A stretch of 27,182 nt of DNA from a virus (Duplodnaviria > Caudoviricetes): the IMG/VR virus record IMGVR_UViG_3300020400_000030, positions 1-27,182 of that record; one strand, 5' to 3'. A model generated the notes under the pieces. The model saw nothing but the letters and a program-made list of their open reading frames with translations, had not been told where the DNA came from and searched no databases. Made by a program: the position numbers and the translations under genes. Positions 11,001 through 18,493 of the stretch are shown piece after piece (positions within the stretch are counted from its first letter, which is position 1; each line of letters begins with the position of its first letter).

Positions 11001-12394
11001 TCAGTACCAAAGTCAAATGGTCTTACTCTCATTTCACCTTGATCAATGAAAATTTGTATATCATCAGTAGTGTGATATAAAGGTATTCTTTCTACTGTTG
11101 GTAAAGCATCAAGTCCGTTTGTGATAACGTCTGTTACAATTTTATAAGTTTGTGTTACTCTTGTGTCAACACCGTTTTCAGGTAAAGATAAAATAGTATT
11201 TTGTGTTACTGCACCGCCACCTGTTTGCAAAGTTGTCCATAAAGTATTTTTTAAAACATAATTGTTTATTAAATCTTTTAACCAATTTCTAATAGTTACT
11301 TCAGGAGTTCTTGTTCCTGTAATCATCGGAGTAGTTTGTACCCAATATGTTTTTACTTGATCATAAATGTAACCATTACCGCCATATTGTATATCGTTGA
11401 CCATTGCAGTAATTTCTTGACCAATGTCTCTCTCCATTGCAACACTATTGTATGAATAACCATCAAATGTTGATCCTGCTGTTGCTGTTGATACAGCATT
11501 CGCCACATAGGCAAGTGTTTCTTTTTGTAAGAAACTTTTGTTTGCATTTAATACTGCAACTGCCTTAGGTGAATAACTTGGATTATCTGTAGACTTGTTT
11601 AAAAATACAGTTGTAACCGTTCCTGTTTTTTCTAAAAACTTTGGAAAGTCTTCTTCAACACCTTTTGTTAATAAAGTTGTGTCGTCTGTTTGGAAACTAG
11701 TACTTGCACCAAGTTCTGGATCACTAAAATTAAATAAAACTTCATTGTTAGTTGTGTCTGTGATCAACAATAAATCGTTTGTTGGTACACGAGTCTGCAT
11801 CTTCACACTAGAAATTTGTGATCTTTGAAGTGCAGGTACGTTGTCTAAACCGTTTTGTATTACGTCTGTAATGATAAAGAATAAATCAGTTACCCTTGTA
11901 TCTGCTCCTGACTCATATGCAATACCACTGTTTTTGTATTGTGTTGTTACAACAGGACTTTGTAAACTTGTATATGTTAACTGTGGTAAAAGATAATTAT
12001 TAATTAAACTTACAACAAAGTTTTTTGCCGCAATTTCAGTTTCTCTTGTACCATCAAGCTGTGGTGTTGAATTGATCCAATACTTACTTGCAAGAAATCT
12101 TGCTTGGGCGTTTCCGCCATATCTCATGTCAAATATTATACCACCGTTGCCGTCAGTTCCTTCTAAATTATAACCTGTGTCTCTTTCACACTTGGGTGAA
12201 TTGTATGTGTAGTTGTACCAGATGCTTGTAGGATCACTGCCATTTGCAGTAACCTGTGAAGCAATCCAAGCCACAGTTTCATCTTTAATAAATTCTATAT
12301 TGTTTTTGATCAGTTCATATGCGTTGGGAAACCTATTACCCGAAAGTGGAATTCCTGGTTGAAATATAAACGTTTCTACTTTTTGTTTAGCCAT
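5015..12394 (-). CDS. Giant virion structural / tail fibre-like protein, 2459 aa
   Basis: Long uninterrupted ORF rich in Gly/Thr/Ser/Asn. It has two N-terminal modules of the NxxFIxxE...YxYN...CERDxG type, about nine central LGG...ND repeats and three HG(L/I)xxG modules. Confidence 0.8.
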   Translation of the reverse strand: MAKQKVETFIFQPGIPLSGNRFPNAYELIKNNIEFIKDETVAWIASQVTANGSDPTSIWYNYTYNSPKCERDTGYNLEGTDGNGGIIFDMRYGGNAQARFLASKYWINSTPQLDGTRETEIAAKNFVVSLINNYLLPQLTYTSLQSPVVTTQYKNSGIAYESGADTRVTDLFFIITDVIQNGLDNVPALQRSQISSVKMQTRVPTNDLLLITDTTNNEVLFNFSDPELGASTSFQTDDTTLLTKGVEEDFPKFLEKTGTVTTVFLNKSTDNPSYSPKAVAVLNANKSFLQKETLAYVANAVSTATAGSTFDGYSYNSVAMERDIGQEITAMVNDIQYGGNGYIYDQVKTYWVQTTPMITGTRTPEVTIRNWLKDLINNYVLKNTLWTTLQTGGGAVTQNTILSLPENGVDTRVTQTYKIVTDVITNGLDALPTVERIPLYHTTDDIQIFIDQGEMRVRPFDFGTDAIERMRVSNSISMLDADFEYGLQPTKWQAIAMQRGYPSIYEVPGTDKEVASVKTDASTGTGGVGQSLITVTTVGAHGIETGTPITIKALENSVQGASRAEGSFIVSTVPTNNTFTYFAKSKVGTSNNQILSTYYTQLREGGFYTGAAIGTPTFTILSQGTAGVFTNPLGALNGSDKVTWIGNTPEIGAPMQNVSGQIATVNTYSAANASRTPGTYTVTNANSSSVVAELIVGSFTVVVDGSGAATASNFKGGRNNQVGDTITVPDNALGGGGAPDLTFLVATVNAGTGIASGAQVSVVTGGGGEIATLSVASDLTSGVNQIPVSDVTGILVGQAIDRGDGNAVHVSSIVGNNVNLDGNTTTDIVGNNVNYTGVAGVNVVPQGNGATFDIDRAGGSYTAVLNGLGGNNYAVGDVIIVLGNLLGGQATTNDCRITVDSTDSSGSVVTFTVAGTAFDGTGSYANVAGDNLNGQGLGAIFDLTYTNNAFSVSLAQPTYANNGTGVTQGGTGTGAAWDITLASNNYTVTENSGATDAGYVVGDAIKINGTEFGGDATNDLTISITGVDGSGGITSFTSAGTGPDASNQFTEPAYSYGGIGTNASVNVNFTGSTYGVTLVNPGSGYSASETLVIAGTNLGGQSPANDATVTIDAVDGSGVITTISITGTAVNSRDYSNITSGQNLVGAAATFNVTVNYNNSYTVTQGNEPGQNYANGNTIVIAGNNLGGTTPANDLTITVTGINASTGAITSFSSSGTAADATSGYAAGDRLKILGTSLGGASPANDALVKVDAVSGTGRINTISVTGTAPDATESYTNPSYTSNTIGGAGAEFLVTRLDTAYSATISAGGTGYLTGEEFVVLGSALGGIDVTHNATITISAVDAGTGEVTGVTVAGTALDTKTITQLSQFDGEAINQTGSTATFDVSLSAGSYTVTVNTPGLGYYVDQSIRIQGATLGGASPANDVTISITSVDASGAITGISSTGTAPGGTASYTAIGGQNLDNLGEQATFNITRNGGSYSTAQIAVDGINYQVGNKIKVVGSALGGTDVTNDVIINITEVATDGGIVAVTSTGTAVAGTVVKTYSTVTMTENLVAAIPQNYTLQFSALATVEVTFTTAHGLIPGDSFLVTVSTDDGTNNHTLLEGPFFAQQVPTVTSLRYQCRAAGAISAVGDINAVLYPRPDSFFVHRPYDGGVQLGTGGPQHGAQAIRQSKKYIRYQSGKGIMYTTGALFAPSYDLLNVSADAVTTGSFINVTTDDVDHGLQVGGQIKLIGIETPGYNGEYTVSAIVSEREFKVIAQTDLGSTTPILSPKAQVSLLYWHGATVRSGAFDDQNGIFMEYDGSNFNAVQRTATLQLSGVISIGVDSNAVTGIGTRFRDQVKAGDRIVIKGMTHVVSQVNSQTSMNVTPDFRGVTPASGAKLCLVADKKSKQADFNGDVLDGTGSSGYIMDISKMQMIGIQYSWYGAGFIDWMLRGDDGNFIFYHRMRNSNVNTEAFMRTGNMPVRYEVTNEGPNDRLGADMTDSQTTIPLENASFFPTSGGTVMIDNEMIQYTGINGDTLTGCTRSAPLTNFAAGATRTYTAGVAATHTARTGVILISNTITPIISHWGSAFQTDGGFDSDRGYIFSYTSTGNVITSTRNTVFMLRLAPSVSNAIVGDLGERELLNRAQLLLEGIEITSDGVDGSNNPISGGIVVEGILNPQNYPLDPGDVGWAPLTGAAAGGQPSFAQVAPGGSVTWSTGATQVIRNATTVAEMTLDVTSSYSRNNTNYHFVSSASFNNANNEGLQTGITVTATSNAQSGNSDFPAGTTLAQIYSYYNPPLLRFSNRNTATISSGETITMSINPTGALEKTNFLYFTKASWEATGAISGTEVSDSKFPGGTYVSGVSGPLTFGGVEYYRITFTQSSLQNITAGSTVGFLFGQPPYALPGETVFSFIATPGEQSSLMLGTLKELTNTTLGGRGTFPNGPDVLAINVYKASGAQTNANIIIRWGEAQA
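7780..10270 (-). repeat. Array of about nine ~75-90 aa repeats inside the giant protein
   Basis: Consensus G-x-A-x-F-x-V...Y-x-V...G-x2-Y-x2-G...I-x-G-x2-LGG-x2-(P/T)-x-ND-x-TI-x-I-x2-VD-x2-G-x-I...GTA is visible in the translation. Boundaries are approximate. Confidence 0.85.
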
Positions 12395-12397
12395 ATC

Positions 12398-13426
12398 CTA
12401 TGTTCCCAATGCTATTGCTAATGCAGTTGCTCTACTGTCCACGTATCTTTTATTTGCTACGTTTGTTTTAACTGTAGGTGTTGCCTGCACTTTTGCACTA
12501 GTAAATTCAGCAGTAGTTGGTGTTGTATCTCCAATTACTGTATTATTTATCGTACCTGCGGTAGCTGTTAGATTGTTTGTTGACACTGATCCCGGTGTTG
12601 ATACACCAATATTCATGTTGTCTATGGTGCCGCCCGCCGCTGGATTAACCAATAAAGTACCAGCACTTCCGGTTGGAGCAATTCTAATATCAGCATTGAT
12701 GCCAGAAAGTGTTACATTGTCTAATGCTGTTAATCTTTGTGCAGTGATATCCATGTTGCTAATTGTACCACCATTAGATGGATTAATAACAACCGTACCC
12801 GAACTGCCTGTTGGTGACAATGTAATCACAGCATTTTCACCTTGTGCTGTGATATTGCCTGTTGTTAATATGCTGGAGAAACTTCCTACACCAGTGATTG
12901 TTGGATCAATGATGTTGAGTGTTCCTATTGGATTAAAATCTCCATCAGCATAGTACAAAATATTTGGTGCATTTGTTGGTACTGTGAAAGTTACCTTGCC
13001 TTCAAATAATCCTTGTGCTTCTGAACCTTCTTTTTTAGTAGTCCCGTCTGTAGCTAAATGTGTTACACCACTGTTATAATTTGTGTAAGATGATCCGTCT
13101 GATGTAACAATGTTAAAAGTTAGATTACCAAGTGTTTGTCCTGCTTGGTTTGTGCTTCTTAATTTTAAGTTGAATACGTATGCACTACCTCTGATCAATT
13201 CAACGGCAGGATTTTGTGCCAACGTTTGACCGTCTTCTTGAAATTGTCCATCAAAAGTAAAACTACCACCTGCATCTCTTACAAGATAATCTCCTGATAC
13301 ATCAACAGCTTCTTCAGTTACGGTATACGTTACACTTTTAAGTGTTACATTACCTTCAGCGTCTACTGTGAATCCAGGTGATTTAAATCCATGTTGTGCT
13401 TCAAAAGGTGATTTTACAACAGCCAT
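12398..13426 (-). CDS. Virion structural / fibre-like protein
   Basis: FTVPTNAPNILYY module, GTIxNMxI repeats and C-terminal ANKRYVD...ALAIALG, typical of phage fibre proteins. GGAGGA RBS at 13432-13437. Confidence 0.65.
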   Translation of the reverse strand: MAVVKSPFEAQHGFKSPGFTVDAEGNVTLKSVTYTVTEEAVDVSGDYLVRDAGGSFTFDGQFQEDGQTLAQNPAVELIRGSAYVFNLKLRSTNQAGQTLGNLTFNIVTSDGSSYTNYNSGVTHLATDGTTKKEGSEAQGLFEGKVTFTVPTNAPNILYYADGDFNPIGTLNIIDPTITGVGSFSSILTTGNITAQGENAVITLSPTGSSGTVVINPSNGGTISNMDITAQRLTALDNVTLSGINADIRIAPTGSAGTLLVNPAAGGTIDNMNIGVSTPGSVSTNNLTATAGTINNTVIGDTTPTTAEFTSAKVQATPTVKTNVANKRYVDSRATALAIALGT

Positions 13427-13442
13427 TACAGTCCTCCATACA

Positions 13443-13449
13443 TATTTAT
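13443..13449 (-). promoter_or_regulatory. T4-type late promoter-like box ATAAATA
   Basis: Intergenic, just upstream of the RBS of the 342-aa gene. Matches the core of T4 TATAAATA. Confidence 0.65.
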
Positions 13450-13455
13450 CTGCAT

Positions 13456-15147
13456 CTAACTCACCACAATTAATCCATGCATTGAGCTATGGAATTGACA
13501 GTTGTAATGATACGTTCCTGTTGCGGCAGGAGTCCAAGTAATTGCACCACTTACAGCACCTTGACCACTTGCTGTTGGATTTGTAACCTGGAAAGATGTA
13601 CCAGTACTGTTGGTTGTTTTTAAATACACTGGATGGCCTGGTGCACTGACATTGATAGTTAAATTATCATTTGTTTGTAAATTGATCGTTGCGTTGTTTC
13701 CGCTTACAGCACCATTTCTATCTGTACCTGACAATGAATAAGCACCAGCACCCACGTTCACCATTGTGATGGTGTAGTTGTTGCCTGGAGTTATGCTGGT
13801 ATCATTGATGGTTACACCCACAGTGGCTTCACCATTGTCCAAAGCGAGTGAGAATGTTTCTGTGCCTTCAGTGGTTGCATCTGCTGTAACATTAAACACT
13901 CTTGACTCTTGTGAACCAACAATAAAGTCTCCTGTAAGTGCAGTACCGCCTATGTCAGCAGTTTGTACACCACTGATTGTGTATGGAATGCTTGTACCAT
14001 TGGCAACGTTTGTTGTTGTGAGTGTGATTGTAAACGTACCGCCTTCATTGACTGTTGATGCTGAACGTGTTAGTGCGTAACTTTCCACAGCCGCCGCTTG
14101 TGATGTATCATTTACAGTTACCTGTACCTGTGCTTCACCGTTGTCCAGTGCAAGATTGAAAGTTTCCTGTCCTTCTGTTGTGACATCACTGGCCAATGTG
14201 AAGTCAAAAAATTCTGTTGTGCCTATCACGAACGTGCCAGTCAAATCACCTGCTGTTAAATCACTGGCATCAACGCCTGTAACTGTGTAATTTAATTGTG
14301 TGCCTGCAGAAACGTTTGTGGTTGCAAGTGTGACTCTAAATGTGTCACCTTCATCAGCACTTGTAACACTACTGGTCAATTGATAAGTTATTGCAGGAGT
14401 TTGTGAAGTGTCATTGATTGTGACAGAGGCACTGGTTGTTTTGCCGTCCAATGTCATTGTAAAAGTTTCTGTACCCTCTGATGAAAGATCTGCTGACACC
14501 GGATATGTAAATGTTTCAGTTGTGCCTACTATAAAGTTTCCTGTTAGATTAGCACCACCAATATCTGCACTCTGAACACCAGTGATTGTGAAAGGTACCA
14601 CCGTGCCTGCATTAACATTTGTTGTGATCAATGTGATGTTGAAAGATCCTCCTTCGTTTACACTTGAAGTTGAACGTGACAATGTGTATGTTGGAGTGTA
14701 TGCACTTGAACTTGATCCAGCAATAACTGGTCCTGGTTCGTTCAATGTTGCATAATAGTTTGCACTATGTATGATTTTTGCACCAACTATGGTTGTAGAA
14801 TCTTCTTGAATTCTTGGATAAGCCATCAGCTTAAAGTATGCGTCAGTAACTTCAACTTCTAGCTGTAATAAATCGTCTCCTAGATTACTACGGCCATAAA
14901 TCACTATGTTTGCTGTGCTTGTACTTGCTGTACATAGGCATTTTATTATCTCTTTACGTGCTGAATTTACATCACAAGCAATGGTGTATTCAACACCAAA
15001 ATAAGAGCCAACATACCAACGATCGATTTCAGTACCCGCTTCCACAAGTGTAGCTGATGGTCCTGCATATGATAGATTAGCACCATCTCTGAATTCTACT
15101 GTGTTATTTTGTCCTCTTCTTAAGAACTTTGTGATATCAAAAGCCAT
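13456..15147 (-). CDS. Structural protein with three Calx-beta/Ig-like repeats and a C-terminal cupredoxin-like domain
   Basis: Three ~97-aa repeats (YxL...EG...ITLxTTNV...AD...EGxETF...LD...VTINDTS). C-terminal GHP...YHYNCQFHSSMHG. AGAGGA RBS at 15154-15159. Confidence 0.7.
   Translation of the reverse strand: MAFDITKFLRRGQNNTVEFRDGANLSYAGPSATLVEAGTEIDRWYVGSYFGVEYTIACDVNSARKEIIKCLCTASTSTANIVIYGRSNLGDDLLQLEVEVTDAYFKLMAYPRIQEDSTTIVGAKIIHSANYYATLNEPGPVIAGSSSSAYTPTYTLSRSTSSVNEGGSFNITLITTNVNAGTVVPFTITGVQSADIGGANLTGNFIVGTTETFTYPVSADLSSEGTETFTMTLDGKTTSASVTINDTSQTPAITYQLTSSVTSADEGDTFRVTLATTNVSAGTQLNYTVTGVDASDLTAGDLTGTFVIGTTEFFDFTLASDVTTEGQETFNLALDNGEAQVQVTVNDTSQAAAVESYALTRSASTVNEGGTFTITLTTTNVANGTSIPYTISGVQTADIGGTALTGDFIVGSQESRVFNVTADATTEGTETFSLALDNGEATVGVTINDTSITPGNNYTITMVNVGAGAYSLSGTDRNGAVSGNNATINLQTNDNLTINVSAPGHPVYLKTTNSTGTSFQVTNPTASGQGAVSGAITWTPAATGTYHYNCQFHSSMHGLIVVS
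13797..14690 (-). repeat. Three tandem ~300-bp coding repeats (Calx-beta-like)
   Basis: The three units align directly in the translation. Boundaries are approximate. Confidence 0.85.
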
Positions 15148-15165
15148 TAATAATCCTCTTTAGTA

Positions 15166-15171
15166 TATTTA
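15166..15171 (-). promoter_or_regulatory. Late promoter-like box TAAATA
   Basis: Intergenic, about 19 bp upstream of the ATG at 15147. Confidence 0.55.
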
Positions 15172-15202
15172 CCTAATTAACAGAGGTCACTGCTCAAAAT
15201 CG

Positions 15203-15257
15203 TTTTACCGCTTTTTACCGCTTCGCGGTCCTAAAATTGCTTTTTACCGCTCCGCGG
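15203..15257. repeat. Direct repeats with two triloop hairpins
   Basis: TTTTACCGCT occurs at 15203, 15213 and 15242. The 19-mer GCTTTTTACCGCT(T/C)CGCGG occurs at 15210-15228 and 15239-15257. Confidence 0.85.
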
Positions 15258-15879
15258 ATTCCCGCATAACACCCAAGTACCACATATCTAACGGATACTG
15301 TTTGCTAGTGAAATCGTGTGTGATTTTTAAGTTATTTTTTTCAATCATAGGCCTAAAAATATCAGGATTTGAACCCCATACGTTTTCAGCTAAAACTATT
15401 ACACCATCTTGTGTCAAATATTCACCTACATTGTTAAAAAAATCTTGGTGTATTTTCCAATCTTTGTCTTTATATTTTCTTGGATCGTCATAATGTGCAA
15501 CATAAGGATCCATATTGAAATGTGGAGGATTTGCAACTATCAAATCAAACTTTTGTTTAGGAATATTTTTGAAATTATCGCTTAAAACAAAACTTGCCTG
15601 CTCGTCTAATTGGTTATCAAGTATTGTATGTAACACAGGTTTTTGATTTGGCTCGTAAATATCTGATAAAGTTATCTTTTCTGTTGTTTGTGTAAACAAT
15701 AAACCAAATCCCCAGAAGCCAGGACCACTGCACCACTCTAAAGCATTACTAAAGTTTCTATTTCCTGAGATGAATTGTGTGGCATCTAGAAAATCATCAA
15801 TCATTGTGTTGCCACAACCATCTATATCATCGGTCCAGTAAATTTTTCTATCGAAGTATTGTGTGTGTTTATCCGGCAT
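15244..15879 (-). CDS. Class I SAM-dependent methyltransferase (MTS/PrmC-like, NPP motif)
   Basis: Motif I LEWCSGPG and motif IV FDLIVANPPHF. Confidence 0.8.
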   Translation of the reverse strand: MPDKHTQYFDRKIYWTDDIDGCGNTMIDDFLDATQFISGNRNFSNALEWCSGPGFWGFGLLFTQTTEKITLSDIYEPNQKPVLHTILDNQLDEQASFVLSDNFKNIPKQKFDLIVANPPHFNMDPYVAHYDDPRKYKDKDWKIHQDFFNNVGEYLTQDGVIVLAENVWGSNPDIFRPMIEKNNLKITHDFTSKQYPLDMWYLGVMRESAER

Positions 15880-17674
15880 TTTTCAATGTAACAAGTTTTT
15901 TGTATTCAGGTAGATATAGATACTCAATTTGACTGTTGGCTAAAGTGCGAACTGCATCATCTAAAGTTTCTACTAAAGGTTCTCCACCTAAATTAAAACT
16001 TGTATTGAAAATAATCGGTAATCCAGTAGCGTCTTTCCACGCCTTGATCAATTTATAGTAGTTTGGATTTTGTTTTTCACTAACTGTTTGTATTCTACAA
16101 GTTCCGTCAACGTGTATGATACTAGGAATCTTTTCTGCAACACCTTCTTGACAGTTTACAGCATACATCATTGTTGGTGAAGACTTCATACCACGTAGAT
16201 CAAACCATTCAAGTGCATCTTCTTCAAGTATACTTCCTGCAAAAGGCCTAAAATATTCTCTGCGTTTGATTATATTAACATGGTCTTTGCCATTTGGATC
16301 ACTTGGGTCATACATTATTGTTCTATTACCCAATGCACGTGGTCCATTTTCTGAACGTCCTTGCCAAATGGTACAAATTTTTCTATCTTTGAGTATGCCA
16401 ACAACTTTTTCGTCATCTGCATCTTCCCATGTTGCATTGTATTTGTTTACTATGTCCTCAATTTCATTCAATGAATGATCATATGCAGGACCTTCATACA
16501 AAGTATCCTGTTGTGTTTGTCTTGTTATGTCCTTTGTAAGTTTTCTGTGCATCAACATGGCCGCACCCATGGCCGTTCCTGCATCATTTGACACAGGTTC
16601 AACATATATTTCAATGTCAGTGTCTTTAAGTTCTTCTAAATAATGATAATTTGCAACACAGTTAAGTCCATAACCACCACTTATCACTACTTTGTTTTTT
16701 CCTGTAATTTCTGCGGCACGTTTTATAAGTTTTGCAACTTGGCTTTGTGTTTCTGTCTGAATTGCGTAAGCCATATCACGTCTATTTTCTAATTTACTTA
16801 CATCTTCATTATCGTGTGTTTGTAAATAGTCAAAGAAATTGTAATTTACGTGAGCACCATTAGGGTATGTTGGTACAATTACCTGTCTATCAGGTATTGG
16901 CCATAAAGTATCTTCTCTAAATATAGGCGGAACACTAATATTCTTATCTCCATAAGGAAAAAGTCCCATAGTTTTTCCTGCTTCTATAAAACTAAAGCCA
17001 CAGTATTCTGTTACAGCTTCATATGCCTTTACAATTCCTGCATTTTCAGTCAAAAGTACATCATGTGTTTCGCTTGTAGGTTCATCATACATTTCACTTG
17101 ACATATTTTTAAGATATTGTGTTGTCAAAGGTCCATTAGTACCTAAGTGTTTGTATTTTGTAGTAAAAGTATCAGGATAATTGCAATCAAAAATTGTTTC
17201 TGTTTCCCAAACAGTCATAGGTTGTTGATTTGTTTGTAAATCTATGAAAGTTCCTGCACCATCTACTATCAATGCCGCCGCTGTATCAAATCCTGACCTA
17301 TAAAAGGCACAGGCGGCGTGTAGTTTGTGATGTATATGACTCATATCAACCACTTGTGGGTGACTTGTACCGTCATATGGCTTTCTACTTATTAAGCCTA
17401 GCTTTCTTGCAAGTCCAGTATAAACATCATCACCACTAAAATCAACTTTTCCTGCTGTTGCTTCTAAGTTTTGTGTATGTGCAACCACTAACCAATCAAG
17501 TGTGTCAGTATATTCTAAAATTTTCAACATACTGGCGTATGGACCACCGTCATACTTTTGCCTTGTTAGTCTTTCTTCTTCAATAGCAAAAATTATTTCT
17601 CCATCTTTCAACAAACACACCCCTGCGTTGTGTCCTCTGGCTATTCCTGCTATCCATACTGGTTTCTTTTTCAT
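15869..17674 (-). CDS. Carbamoyltransferase, NodU/CmcH/TobZ family
   Basis: EEERLTRQK, HHKLHA, VDGAG, GKTMGL-x-PYG, GG-x2-LNCVAN, DAGTAMGAA, E-x-GPRALGNR, KRREYFRPFA, HVDGTCRIQTV, NTSFNLGGEPLV. Confidence 0.93.
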   Translation of the reverse strand: MKKKPVWIAGIARGHNAGVCLLKDGEIIFAIEEERLTRQKYDGGPYASMLKILEYTDTLDWLVVAHTQNLEATAGKVDFSGDDVYTGLARKLGLISRKPYDGTSHPQVVDMSHIHHKLHAACAFYRSGFDTAAALIVDGAGTFIDLQTNQQPMTVWETETIFDCNYPDTFTTKYKHLGTNGPLTTQYLKNMSSEMYDEPTSETHDVLLTENAGIVKAYEAVTEYCGFSFIEAGKTMGLFPYGDKNISVPPIFREDTLWPIPDRQVIVPTYPNGAHVNYNFFDYLQTHDNEDVSKLENRRDMAYAIQTETQSQVAKLIKRAAEITGKNKVVISGGYGLNCVANYHYLEELKDTDIEIYVEPVSNDAGTAMGAAMLMHRKLTKDITRQTQQDTLYEGPAYDHSLNEIEDIVNKYNATWEDADDEKVVGILKDRKICTIWQGRSENGPRALGNRTIMYDPSDPNGKDHVNIIKRREYFRPFAGSILEEDALEWFDLRGMKSSPTMMYAVNCQEGVAEKIPSIIHVDGTCRIQTVSEKQNPNYYKLIKAWKDATGLPIIFNTSFNLGGEPLVETLDDAVRTLANSQIEYLYLPEYKKLVTLKNAG

Positions 17675-18493
17675 TTAAAATCCTCTGTAAGTTCTGTCCC
17701 ACTGAACATTTTGCGAAATTTTTGCAATAGTTTCTTTGTAGTCATCACTTTTTAAGTAGTTAACTTTATCTATCAAATTTTCTTGGTCTAAACTTGGAAT
17801 CTGATTGTGGTCTTTTACCCAACTAAGATGTTGATCTGGACTAGGATGTAATTCTAACCATTTATTACCATCTTCATCAGTAAACCACCAACTATCACTT
17901 GGTCTATTCCAAGCATGAAGTCCTAATGAACAAAGCCAATGCTTACCTTTGAGTACGTGTCGGTATTCTTCTAAATTAAATTCTACAAATGCATCTGCAA
18001 GTTCAGGAGTGTTTCTTAAATTTTCACCATGTCCTTTTTGGTGTGGAATATCTGTACCTAATGTTTTTAAATCGCTTATACTTGTGAAATAAAACTCACA
18101 ACCTATTGATTCTAACAAACCTTTTGTCAATTCTATGTGATGTAACGTGTGCAAGAAGAATGCTTTTTCATCATAGAAGTTATTAATCCACTTTTTATCA
18201 AATATTTCTTCATTTTGGTAGCTAAACACACTACCTTTTGTCTGCCAAGGTTCTTTTTTATTAAATTTTAAGTAGTCATGGCGTAAATGGCTTGTCCATT
18301 GTACCATAACTTGATCATCTTTTGTGATTTTATTTTTTATATGACATTCTGCAACACGTTCGGCTATACCTCTGTTGCCTAAACCAGCGTGACCCCAGTT
18401 TTCAAAGTGTTCAACTTCTAAGCCAAGTAGGTCTGCCCAAGTAGGCCAGTTCCATGAAGTATACGAACAACCGAATGTGTACAGTCTTCGCAT
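17675..18493 (-). CDS. Hypothetical phage protein, possible SGNH hydrolase/acyltransferase fold
   Basis: FGCSYT resembles block I (GDS), NWGHAGLGN block II, and HPSPDQH block V. Confidence 0.5.
   Translation of the reverse strand: MRRLYTFGCSYTSWNWPTWADLLGLEVEHFENWGHAGLGNRGIAERVAECHIKNKITKDDQVMVQWTSHLRHDYLKFNKKEPWQTKGSVFSYQNEEIFDKKWINNFYDEKAFFLHTLHHIELTKGLLESIGCEFYFTSISDLKTLGTDIPHQKGHGENLRNTPELADAFVEFNLEEYRHVLKGKHWLCSLGLHAWNRPSDSWWFTDEDGNKWLELHPSPDQHLSWVKDHNQIPSLDQENLIDKVNYLKSDDYKETIAKISQNVQWDRTYRGF

Noticed and set aside
7780-14690. Diversity-generating retroelement or invertible tail-fibre cassette
   Set aside because: I saw no reverse transcriptase, recombinase, adenine-specific TR/VR pair or flanking inverted repeats. 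The repeats are diverged in-frame protein modules.
15203-15257. CRISPR array or rho-independent terminator
   Set aside because: The repeats are too short, have no regular spacers and no cas genes are present. The stems are 4-5 bp with no downstream U-tract on either strand.
15244-15879. DNA adenine methyltransferase of a restriction-modification system
   Set aside because: It is small, has no evident target-recognition domain and no adjacent nuclease. Not fully excluded, but unsupported.
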